Source: Kofleriaceae bacterium
GTDB taxonomy: Bacteria; Myxococcota_A; Polyangia; Haliangiales; Haliangiaceae
NCBI GenBank assembly: GCA_965215005.1
Contig: CBDCCZ010000061.1
Coordinates: 123,055 to 187,054 of the forward strand
Length of the DNA stretch: 64,000 bases
Reading direction: 5' to 3'
The notes under the pieces are model-generated. The model searched no databases. It saw only the letters and a program-made list of their open reading frames with translations, and was not told the origin of the DNA. Position numbers and translations under genes: made by a program. The stretch's first letter is position 1. The number at the start of each line of letters is the position of its first letter. Shown here piece by piece: positions 38,128-46,600 of this stretch.

Positions 38128-39033
38128 ATGAAGCGAGATCGGCGAGAGCTGGAAACCCTCGAAGCACCGCGTCCGCAGGCGCGGCACCTGGTGCCAGGCA
38201 AAGGAAGCAGCTCGGCAGCGCTGCAGCGAAAGCCCGGCGTAGCGCACGGCGGCGCTGCGAAGCGAGGTGGTAACCCACTGCTCGAGTCCGCGCGCATCGT
38301 GGATTTCGCGAAGACAACGCGCGGCGGGAATACCGTCACCATCAATCGCGGGCTCGACGCCGGCGTGACCCTCGGTTGGCGCTGTCGCATTGGCCACGAG
38401 CTGCTTCCCATCGACCAGGTCGGGCCTCGGCAATCCATCGTCACGCAGGTCCCCATGCGCTTAGAGGAGATCCGAGAGAGGCGTGACGTGGAGCTAGTGC
38501 CGCCGATGGAGATCGAGGGCCCCATCGAAGCCAGGATCCTCGATCTCCAAAAGATCACCGAGACCATCTTTCGCGTTGTCATCAGGCGAGGATTGACGAG
38601 CGGCGTCGTGCCGGGCTGGCTGGCGCGCCTGCACCACGACGATCAAGTGTTCATGATCGAGAAGGTAACGCGCAGCGAGGCAGAGGGTACGCTGGTGGAC
38701 CGCCGCTTCGAGTACATCCGCGCGCACCGTCAAGTCACGCTGCTTCCCCCCGGCACCGCGGCGATCAACCTCGGCACCCCCCGGACCGACGGCTCGCTCC
38801 TCAACAAGTCGCAACGAGAGCGCGCCGTTCGCCTCAACCCGCGCAGCCAAGCGCGCTATGGCTGGCGGCTCGAGCAGCTCGGTATCACCGGCCTCGACGT
38901 CGACAGCTTCGCCTTCGCTGAGCGCGTCGCCACTATGCAAAGCGCCAAGGCCATCACCGTCGACGGCGTCATCGGCCCCCAAACCCTCCAAGCCGCCGGC
39001 GTCGTCTACGGCCCCGTAAACAAGCCCGGTTAG
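38128..39033 (+). CDS. Hypothetical protein with two repeated beta domains and a C-terminal peptidoglycan-binding-like domain
   Basis: AGGAG RBS; INRGLDAGV..GW and IRRGLTSGV..GW repeats; C-terminal 'ITVDGVIGPQT'. Confidence 0.7.
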   Translation: MKRDRRELETLEAPRPQARHLVPGKGSSSAALQRKPGVAHGGAAKRGGNPLLESARIVDFAKTTRGGNTVTINRGLDAGVTLGWRCRIGHELLPIDQVGPRQSIVTQVPMRLEEIRERRDVELVPPMEIEGPIEARILDLQKITETIFRVVIRRGLTSGVVPGWLARLHHDDQVFMIEKVTRSEAEGTLVDRRFEYIRAHRQVTLLPPGTAAINLGTPRTDGSLLNKSQRERAVRLNPRSQARYGWRLEQLGITGLDVDSFAFAERVATMQSAKAITVDGVIGPQTLQAAGVVYGPVNKPG

Positions 39034-39173
39034 CGCCAGCTCGCGACCATACGCCAGGGTTCACGGCGCGGGAATGTGAATTCAGATGAGTGGCGGCTCG
39101 ATCGGGACGTTGGCAGGCCGGCGTGAGGGTGGACGATGATGTGACGCGGGGCGTGTGGCATGCTGCGGACGCG

Positions 39174-39977
39174 ATGTCTGCGCTTTTAACTGTGATGATC
39201 GATGGTCACGTGGCGACGGTGACGCTCGAAACGCTCACGATGCCGCCGGCGTTCTTTGCGGCGTGTGAGGAGCGGTTCGTCGAGCTGGCGGAGCGGCAGG
39301 AGGTGCGGGCGGTGGTGGTGCGCGCGGCGGGCAAGGCGTTCAGCTATGGGCTCGACCTGCCGCAAGCGTTCGCTGAGCACGGAACCCTGTTTGCCGGTGC
39401 TGGGTTGGCGGCGCAACGGCAAGAGCTCTACCGGCTGGTTCGTCGGCTGCAAGGGGCGTTCACGGCGATTGAGGCGTGTCCGGTGCCGGTGATTGCGGCG
39501 ATCCACGGGCGCTGCATTGGCGGCGGGCTCGACTTGGCGGCGGCCTGTGACATTCGCTTGGCGAGCGCCGACGCGCAGATCTCGCTGCGCGAGACCAAGA
39601 TCGCCATCGTTGCCGATTTAGGAAGCTTGCAGCGGTTGCCAGCGATCATCGGCCAAGGGCATACGCGCGAGCTGGCATTTACCGGCAAGGACCTCGACGC
39701 CGCGCGGGCGCGCGAGATTGGGCTCGTAAACGAGGTCTATGCGGATCGCGACGCGCTGTGGAGTGCGGCGGCGGCGATGGCCGACGAGATCGCGGCAAAC
39801 GCGCCGCTCACGGTGCGCGGGGTCAAGCAGGTGCTCGAGATGGGCAAGCAGCAGAGCGTGGCCGAAGGGCTCGACTATGTGGCTACCTACAACGCCGCGT
39901 TTCTGCCTTCCAACGATTTGTCCGAGGCGGTGCAGGCGTTTGCGCAAAAGCGTCCGCCACGTTATCGAGGCTCATGA
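39174..39977 (+). CDS. Crotonase / enoyl-CoA hydratase family (dienoyl-CoA isomerase-like)
   Basis: AFSYGLDL, PVIAAIHGRCIGGGLDLAAACDIR, ADLGSLQRLP. Confidence 0.92.
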   Translation: MSALLTVMIDGHVATVTLETLTMPPAFFAACEERFVELAERQEVRAVVVRAAGKAFSYGLDLPQAFAEHGTLFAGAGLAAQRQELYRLVRRLQGAFTAIEACPVPVIAAIHGRCIGGGLDLAAACDIRLASADAQISLRETKIAIVADLGSLQRLPAIIGQGHTRELAFTGKDLDAARAREIGLVNEVYADRDALWSAAAAMADEIAANAPLTVRGVKQVLEMGKQQSVAEGLDYVATYNAAFLPSNDLSEAVQAFAQKRPPRYRGS

Positions 39978-41026
39978 GCAGGCCTGTGACCCATCGCTAT
40001 CTCGACCCGCTCGATCAGGTTTGGCTCGCGACGGCGCGGGCAATCGGTTTACGCGTCGAGCGCTCCAGTGACGTCTACGCCGCCAGCGATGGCCGCGGCC
40101 AGCTCGCCATCGGCCGCGGCGACTCGCTCGACCCCGATGACTGCTTGGCGCAGATGATCTTTCACGAGCTCTGTCACTCGCTGGTCGAAGGGCCAGCCGC
40201 GTTCGACCGCGCCGATTGGGGCCTGGACAACACCAGCGACAGCGACGACTGGCGCGAGCACGCGTGCCTGCGGCTGCAAGCTCAGCTCGCCGCTCGCTTT
40301 GGACTTCGCCGAGTGCTGGCGCCTACCACCGAGTTTCGCGGCTTTTACGACGACCTGCCCTTGGACCCCCTCGAGCCGCGCCACGAGCGTTCGGTGCAGG
40401 CGGCGATCCGCGCCCTCGCGCGCGTGGACGTGCCGCCGTGGGGTCCTCATCTAACGAACGCGCTGAAGGCGACCGCGGCCATCGCGGGTCACGCGGCCGC
40501 TGTCGCCGGCTTGGCCGCCAGCGAGCCACTCGACTCGCTTTGGCAACTCGTCGAGCCGCCGGCTCCGCCGCATCCCACCGGCTTTGCAGCCGCGCTCGAT
40601 AGCGACCCGTCGCGCCGCTGCGGCACCTGCGCCTGGCATTATCTTGGCGGTCGCGGTACGGCCGTGGCGCGCTGTCGTCAAGCGGGCGATCAGCGCGTCC
40701 AACCCGACTGGCCAGCGTGCGAGCGCTGGGAGCCTGTGCTTGATTGCCAAGACTGCGGCGCCTGCTGCCGCGAAGCCTACGACTCGGTGACCATCTCGCG
40801 ACGCGATCCCGTGCGGCGGGTTCATCCCGAGCTCGTCGTCGACCGCGGCCGCTATCTCGAGCTGGCGCGCACCGGCTCGCGCTGTGCGGCGCTCGAAACG
40901 CCGCCAAACGCCCCGATGCGATTTGGTTGCCGCATTTACGCCAATCGGCCAGCGCCGTGCCGCGGCTTCGAGCGCGGCAGCGACAACTGCCTGACGGCGC
41001 GGCGGCGTGTGGCGATGAGCCGCTAG
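39974..41026 (+). CDS. YkgJ-type cysteine-cluster protein with an N-terminal HExxH (EpmC/YfcM-like) domain
   Basis: FHELCHSLVEG..DWGL; CGTC..C..C; CQDCGACC...CAAL...CRIYANRPAPCR; ATGA overlap with the crotonase gene. Confidence 0.78.
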   Translation: MSRPVTHRYLDPLDQVWLATARAIGLRVERSSDVYAASDGRGQLAIGRGDSLDPDDCLAQMIFHELCHSLVEGPAAFDRADWGLDNTSDSDDWREHACLRLQAQLAARFGLRRVLAPTTEFRGFYDDLPLDPLEPRHERSVQAAIRALARVDVPPWGPHLTNALKATAAIAGHAAAVAGLAASEPLDSLWQLVEPPAPPHPTGFAAALDSDPSRRCGTCAWHYLGGRGTAVARCRQAGDQRVQPDWPACERWEPVLDCQDCGACCREAYDSVTISRRDPVRRVHPELVVDRGRYLELARTGSRCAALETPPNAPMRFGCRIYANRPAPCRGFERGSDNCLTARRRVAMSR

Positions 41027-41078
41027 CGTTGGCCGCCGCTGCTGGCGGCGATCATCATCGCACCCACCGTGGCAACCG

Positions 41079-41609
41079 TCATGCGAGTCCGCGCGGCGGA
41101 TATTCGTTGTCGAGCACGAAGCGAATCGACTCTTTCATCTTGCGGAGGTCGGGGCGGCCAAACGGCATGCTGTTATAGGCAGCGTAGTAGATGGTTAGGT
41201 CCGGCTTGATGAGAAACAGCGCGGGCTCACCAAACCGATTGGGCTCGCCCTCTTTAACGGCTGACGAGATGTAGAGCCCCCACTTGCGCATCGCCTCGAT
41301 GGGCAAGCCATACCCGACCTCGAGTTGCTCGAGCTGCCATTCTTTCGCGGTTTGCATGGCGCGCTCTTTGGTGTCGCCACTCACCGCGATGACCTCAGTG
41401 CCTAGCTCCGCGTAACCGGACAGCTCTGCCTCGAGCGTCTGCAGATACGTCTTGCACATCGGGCAGTGCAGCCCGCGGTAAAAGACGACCATCTGAAAAT
41501 GCTGGGGCGCGGCTTCGTCGAGCCGCCAGCTGCGCTCGCGGGTGGTCTCAAACGCCAGCTCGGGAGCCAGCCGCCTCGGGATGAGCTTTTGGTAGAGCGA
41601 TTCTTCCAT
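41079..41609 (-). CDS. AhpC/TSA peroxiredoxin-like protein
   Basis: VVFYRGLHCPMC, EPALFLI, SMPFGRP. Confidence 0.88.
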   Translation of the reverse strand: MEESLYQKLIPRRLAPELAFETTRERSWRLDEAAPQHFQMVVFYRGLHCPMCKTYLQTLEAELSGYAELGTEVIAVSGDTKERAMQTAKEWQLEQLEVGYGLPIEAMRKWGLYISSAVKEGEPNRFGEPALFLIKPDLTIYYAAYNSMPFGRPDLRKMKESIRFVLDNEYPPRGLA

Positions 41610-41808
41610 GGTCTACAGGTGACCCATTGGCGGCGCGGCGCAACCTCCGAGTGATTCACGGCGGACGTCGTGAGTCGCTACGAAGCAACCGACAGCTCGA
41701 GACACCTGAGCAGCGCGAAATCGGCCGCCTCCTGCTTCTGGGCGGCCGAGCTCTGCCTCTGGAACCCGCGGCGTCGCGCTTCCGCGGCGCCGCGGCTCGA
41801 GCGCGCGG

Positions 41809-43095
41809 CTATTCCCGCTTGACCGGCGCAGTTCCGGTCGTGGGGCTTGCGTGGCCATTGCCACCGCCAAGGCGCCCAAGAAGCGCCGGCAGGTCGACGC
41901 CCAACGTGTGCTTGAGCTGCTCCGAGGTGACGGCCGCTTGTACCGCGAGATTCGACGTATCGCGGGTCAGCTCGCGGTCGATGAAGGTGACCTTATCGAC
42001 CGAGATGTCGCCCACCGTGCTCATCAGCGTCCGCACCAACCCACCGAGCTTCTGCGCGACGAAGATCTGCCGCGCGCTATCGCCCGCTTCACGCCAGGTG
42101 TCGGCGACGTGGCGCAGCGCCGCCGCTGTCGCTTTGCCCTCTTCGACAATGCGCGACGAGGCGCCGCGCGCTTCCTCGATCATCTGTTGGCGGTTTGCTT
42201 CTGCCGGCTTGATCTCATCGGCCTCGAGCCGCAAACGCACCTGCTCGAGCCGCGCCGATTGCACCGCTAGCTCAGCCTGCGCCTTTGCCACCTGCGCCGT
42301 CACCACGCCTCGCGATTCGGCAACCAGAGCCTGCTTTTTGGTCTGCGCATCGATGATGCGCCGCTCGGCATCGGCGCGCGCCGTGGCAATCTGCGCCATC
42401 ACCGTGGCGATTTCTTGGGTTTCCATGTTGGCTGCGCTGCGCTCCGCACTGAGCGCTTTGTTCTCGGTTTCGGCCACGCGCGACCGCATGATCAGCTCCG
42501 CCGACTGCTTACGCCCGAGCGAATCCAGGTAGCCCTTGTCATCGGAGACGTTTTGGATCTTGAGGGTATCGAGCTCGATTCCCAGCCGCCGCAGATCCTG
42601 CTCCGCCTCCTGCAGCAAACTCTCCGCGAACTTCTCGCGGTCATTGTTGACCTCTTCGGGCGTGAGGGTCGCCAATACCCCGCGCAGGTTTCCTTCGAGC
42701 GTCTCTCGCGCGATGGTCATTATTTCTTGACGCGGCTTGCCCAAGAGTCGCTCGATGGCGTTGGCCAAGGTCTTTGGCTCGCTGCCGATCTTGACGTTGG
42801 CGACTCCTGAAACGTTGAGCGGAATGCCGCCCTTCGAGTAGGCGCCATGCACCTGAATCTCGATGATCATGTTGGTTAGGTCGATGCGATCGACGCGCTC
42901 GAGCATGGGGATGCGAAATCCGCGACCGCCTTGCACCAAGCGATAGCCGATAGGCTTGCCTGCGATGGTGCGATGACTGCCGGAGAAGATCAGCACCTGG
43001 TTCGGCGAGCAGATCTCCGTCATCTTCCAGATCAAGACCACGATGCTGAGCGCGACCAGCGCGAGCAGAACGACGATGAGTCCGATGGCTTCCAT
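41809..43095 (-). CDS. Flotillin/SPFH-domain protein
   Basis: N-terminal TM, ETLEGNLRGVLATLTPEEVN.DR..F, LKIQNVSD, AE-rich coiled coil; GAGGAG RBS. Confidence 0.92.
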   Translation of the reverse strand: MEAIGLIVVLLALVALSIVVLIWKMTEICSPNQVLIFSGSHRTIAGKPIGYRLVQGGRGFRIPMLERVDRIDLTNMIIEIQVHGAYSKGGIPLNVSGVANVKIGSEPKTLANAIERLLGKPRQEIMTIARETLEGNLRGVLATLTPEEVNNDREKFAESLLQEAEQDLRRLGIELDTLKIQNVSDDKGYLDSLGRKQSAELIMRSRVAETENKALSAERSAANMETQEIATVMAQIATARADAERRIIDAQTKKQALVAESRGVVTAQVAKAQAELAVQSARLEQVRLRLEADEIKPAEANRQQMIEEARGASSRIVEEGKATAAALRHVADTWREAGDSARQIFVAQKLGGLVRTLMSTVGDISVDKVTFIDRELTRDTSNLAVQAAVTSEQLKHTLGVDLPALLGRLGGGNGHASPTTGTAPVKRE

Positions 43096-43118
43096 GATGT
43101 AGCTCCTCGAGGGCGCGC

Positions 43119-44468
43119 TCAGGCGCCCGCAAACGGGGTCTTCGGGCCAGAAAGATGACCTGCCGAAGCAGGCCGCGACACCGGCGCGCCATCGCGTTGC
43201 GCGCGATCGCCGGCGACGATCGCGGCGACATCGATGCCAAGCGTGCTGCTCACTTGCCCGAGCAACGCCGCCACCACCGCCGGATAGGCGCTGGCGTAGG
43301 CCGGCAAGGTGCGGCCGTCGCCGCCATCGACCAAATTGACCTCTTTGACTTCAAGGCGCTGCGCCGCCTGGGCGACGGTTCCGAAGATGTCTTCGAGGTT
43401 TTGCAGGACGTACATGTCCATCGCGCTGCCACCCGAGTCGCGCCACGCTTTGGCGATGACCTCGAGCGACTCGCTCATCGCCTCACCATCGGTGAAGATG
43501 CGCGCTGCATCTCCCGCGGCGCGCAGCTCACGCACGCGCCGCGCCACCTCCGCTGGGATGGTGACATCGGCCGCGAGTCGCAGTTGCTCGAGCTCGCCGC
43601 GAATGCGCTGCAGCTCCTGCTCAGCGCTCGCTCGCGCCTCTTGCGCCGCGGCGATGGCCCGTTCCTCTTCCGACTTGGCCTCGGCCTCGAGCTCCGCGCG
43701 AATCTGCCGCAACTCGTTCAGCTTGCGGTGCACGTTGGCCTGCGCGCGGGTGTGGGCGACGGTGCCGCGCGCGTCGGCGGCGGCCTCTGCCTCAGCCGCG
43801 GTGCGCACCGCATCGGACTCGGCGACCTCCGCCTCGCGCAGCACCTCGGCAATGCGCTTGCGGCCGATGCTTTCGAGGTAGTTGCGCTCGTCGGTGACGT
43901 GCTGAATCTTCAGCGTGTCGAGGTGAAGCCCGAGCTTCTCGAGATCTTGCTCGGCTTCCTCGGCAAGCGTCTCGGCGAACTTGAGCCGGTCTTCATTGAC
44001 CTCTTCGGGCGTGAGCGTGGCCAAAACCCCGCGCAGATGCCCTTCGAGGGTTTCTTTGGCAACCCTGGCGATCTCATTGCGGCCATGACCTAGAAACCGT
44101 TCGATGGCGTTGCCGATCTTGGTCGGATCCGATGAAACTTTCACGTTGGCGATGGCGTGAAGGTTCAGCGGAATGCCGCCCCGCGAGTACGCGCCTTGTA
44201 CCGTCATAGCCACCGAAATCAGTGACATGTCCATTCGCTCCACCGTCTCGATGGCGGGAATCTTGAAAGCCCTGCCGCCGAAGACGACGCGAAAGCCGAC
44301 CGACCTGCCGTCGGGCAACACGTGCTGGCGCCCGGAGAAGATGAGGATCTCGTTGGGCCGACAGATATACATCAGGCGCTTGATGATGGTGACGAGCATC
44401 ATCAAAGCTGCCAACACGATCACCGGGATGACGAGTAGCAGCGGTGACTCTTGCAGTAGCATTTCCAT
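43119..44468 (-). CDS. Flotillin/SPFH-domain protein (paralog)
   Basis: ETLEGHLRGVLATLTPEEVNEDR, LKIQHVTD, EA repeats; AAGGAG RBS. Confidence 0.92.
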   Translation of the reverse strand: MEMLLQESPLLLVIPVIVLAALMMLVTIIKRLMYICRPNEILIFSGRQHVLPDGRSVGFRVVFGGRAFKIPAIETVERMDMSLISVAMTVQGAYSRGGIPLNLHAIANVKVSSDPTKIGNAIERFLGHGRNEIARVAKETLEGHLRGVLATLTPEEVNEDRLKFAETLAEEAEQDLEKLGLHLDTLKIQHVTDERNYLESIGRKRIAEVLREAEVAESDAVRTAAEAEAAADARGTVAHTRAQANVHRKLNELRQIRAELEAEAKSEEERAIAAAQEARASAEQELQRIRGELEQLRLAADVTIPAEVARRVRELRAAGDAARIFTDGEAMSESLEVIAKAWRDSGGSAMDMYVLQNLEDIFGTVAQAAQRLEVKEVNLVDGGDGRTLPAYASAYPAVVAALLGQVSSTLGIDVAAIVAGDRAQRDGAPVSRPASAGHLSGPKTPFAGA

Positions 44469-44479
44469 GTTCATCTCCT

Positions 44480-45079
44480 TCACAGCTGCGGGGCGCGCAG
44501 CTTGTCGGTGTTGGTGATCAGCGCGTGACCGCGGTCGTTGGTGCCGTAGACGAGCACCGAGTCTTTGACGCAAAACAGCGTTTCTTCGTCGGTATCGGCA
44601 AACAGCTCGATCACCCGCCCGCGCACATCGAGGCGGACCTTGCCGGTCTTGCCAGGCCCTACCGCGATCACGACCTTGGCCGTAGCGCCCACGAAGTCGT
44701 CTGCGCTGATCGCGCTATCACTTTGACTACGGCCCGCGCGACGCAGCGCAAGCACGACGCCAACACCAGCCAAGTAGCCTATGGCGATTGCCACCATCGC
44801 CGTGAGGAGCTCGCTAGCGAGGGTTCCCGTGACGGTGAACAGCAATCCCGCGAGACCGCCGAACGCGAGGAAGAACACCCAAAACCGCAGCGAACCCACC
44901 GGAAACCAGCCATAGACGTCAAAGCCCGCCTCCGCTTGCTCGGCATCCACCTCCGCGGCGTCGACGTCAGCGGCATCGACGTCTGTGTCGACCTCGGCAT
45001 CATGGTCCCCTCCCATCAGCAGCGACGCGATCAGCAGCGTGCCGCCGACGGCGAGCGCCACCAAGTAAATCGTCAACAT
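44480..45079 (-). CDS. NfeD-like membrane protein with C-terminal OB fold
   Basis: Three hydrophobic segments and an acidic loop; 'DFVGATAKVVIAV...GKVRL'; canonical position upstream of flotillins. Confidence 0.85.
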   Translation of the reverse strand: MLTIYLVALAVGGTLLIASLLMGGDHDAEVDTDVDAADVDAAEVDAEQAEAGFDVYGWFPVGSLRFWVFFLAFGGLAGLLFTVTGTLASELLTAMVAIAIGYLAGVGVVLALRRAGRSQSDSAISADDFVGATAKVVIAVGPGKTGKVRLDVRGRVIELFADTDEETLFCVKDSVLVYGTNDRGHALITNTDKLRAPQL

Positions 45080-45130
45080 CGGTCCCTCCTTGTTTCACCC
45101 GTGGACTGGGTCTGATTGTCGGACGGAATT

Positions 45131-45146
45131 AGCTAGCGTTGTGCCA
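45131..45146 (-). promoter_or_regulatory. Sigma-54 promoter of the nfeD-flotillin operon
   Basis: Minus strand TGGCACAACGCTAGCT (GG-N10-GC), 51 nt upstream of the nfeD ATG. Confidence 0.72.
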
Positions 45147-45217
45147 TCTTGCAACGGCAGCTAGACGCGAGTGATCTCAGCACGTTAGAAAAATTCCTGC
45201 ACACGTCGCCAGCGGCG

Positions 45218-45237
45218 GGTGCAGCGGTTGCTGCACC
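45218..45237. promoter_or_regulatory. Candidate enhancer/operator palindrome GGTGCAGC-N4-GCTGCACC
   Basis: Perfect 8-bp inverted repeat about 70-90 bp upstream of the -24 box. Confidence 0.5.
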
Positions 45238-45276
45238 GTGCCTAAGCCCAATACCGCATTGCGATATCATGCAGCA

Positions 45277-46560
45277 ATGCAGCGTATCGCAGCAGCTCGC
45301 GCCGTGGATCAGCTGCTAGCGGCATACTTCGGCAATCCCTTCGCGCGCACCGCCGCCGAGGTGCGCCGGGCGGAGCGCGTGGCAACCACTCTCGACCTCG
45401 ACGCCACGATCACCGCCCTCCTCGATCAAGGCCAGCTCGACCGCGCCAAGGCGCTGCTGCTAGCGATGCAACATCGCGCGGCGATCGCCAATCCTACCCT
45501 CGCCCCCCTGCTCGCTCTGCTATCCACCGCCACCGCCAAGCGCCTGCCACGGCCGCTGCGCGACTACGCGCGCATCGCGTTGGCAGCGGGCCGCTGCTAT
45601 CGCGTGCTCGACCGCATTCACGGCGATTCGGCCGCCAACAACCGCGCCCGCCGCGACACCTGGGCCGCGTGTTTTGGCGACTCGCTTCGCCACACGCTCG
45701 AGCTCGAACGCGTCATTCGCGATCACGACGTGCTGCTACTCGGTGAGACCGGTACCGGCAAAGAGCTCTTTGCCCGGGCGATCGTCGCCGCCACCCCCGG
45801 CGACAGTCGCGGCGCCCCCGCTCCGAGCGCAGCTCTCAACGCAGCGGCGCTGCCCGACGCCCTGGTCGAAAGCGAGCTCTTTGGCCATTCGAAAGGCGCC
45901 TTCACCGGGGCCGCGGAGAACCGCATTGGCCGCTTGCGCTCCGCCCATGGCGGCACATTCTTTCTCGATGAGGTCGGCGACTTGCCGTCGACCACGCAGG
46001 TCAAGCTGCTACGCGTCATCGAGACCAACGAGGTCTACCCACTCGGCTCCGATACGCCCCATACAGTCGATGTTCGCTACGTCGCGGCGACTCACAAAGA
46101 GCTCGAGACGCTGGTCGAAGAGGGCTCGTTTCGCCGCGATCTGCTCGAGCGCCTGGCCGGAAACGTCATCCGCACCCCGGCGCTGCGCGAGCGTCCCGAA
46201 GACATTCCTGCCATTGCGATGGCGTTCGTCGCCGACTACACCACCGGCTCGGCAGCGGAGCACGTCCACGCTTGGCTCACCACCGATGAGGTCCGCCGAT
46301 ACGCCTGGCCGGGCAACGTGCGCGAGCTGCAAAACGTGCTGCGCAATCTGCTCCTGGGTCTCCCGGCGCGTCCTGCCGCCGCCGCCGCCGCCGCCGAAGC
46401 CTCCGCGACCGTGCCCGCGATCGTCATCGAAGGCCGCGCCAGCCTCCGAATGGCCACCGATTGGTACTTGCGCCACGTACTGGCCAACGTCGATGGCAAC
46501 TACAGCCGCGCTGCGCGAATCCTCGGCATTGACCGCTCGACGGTCAAACGCCGCTGCTGA
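45277..46560 (+). CDS. Sigma-54-dependent enhancer-binding protein (AAA+ plus Fis-type HTH)
   Basis: GETGTGKE, ESELFGHSKGAFTGA, FLDEVG, WPGNVREL, AARILGIDRST. Confidence 0.93.
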   Translation: MQRIAAARAVDQLLAAYFGNPFARTAAEVRRAERVATTLDLDATITALLDQGQLDRAKALLLAMQHRAAIANPTLAPLLALLSTATAKRLPRPLRDYARIALAAGRCYRVLDRIHGDSAANNRARRDTWAACFGDSLRHTLELERVIRDHDVLLLGETGTGKELFARAIVAATPGDSRGAPAPSAALNAAALPDALVESELFGHSKGAFTGAAENRIGRLRSAHGGTFFLDEVGDLPSTTQVKLLRVIETNEVYPLGSDTPHTVDVRYVAATHKELETLVEEGSFRRDLLERLAGNVIRTPALRERPEDIPAIAMAFVADYTTGSAAEHVHAWLTTDEVRRYAWPGNVRELQNVLRNLLLGLPARPAAAAAAAEASATVPAIVIEGRASLRMATDWYLRHVLANVDGNYSRAARILGIDRSTVKRRC

Positions 46561-46600
46561 CCCGGATTTCTTCTTGAATCGGCGCTTGTTAAAAGGTCCT

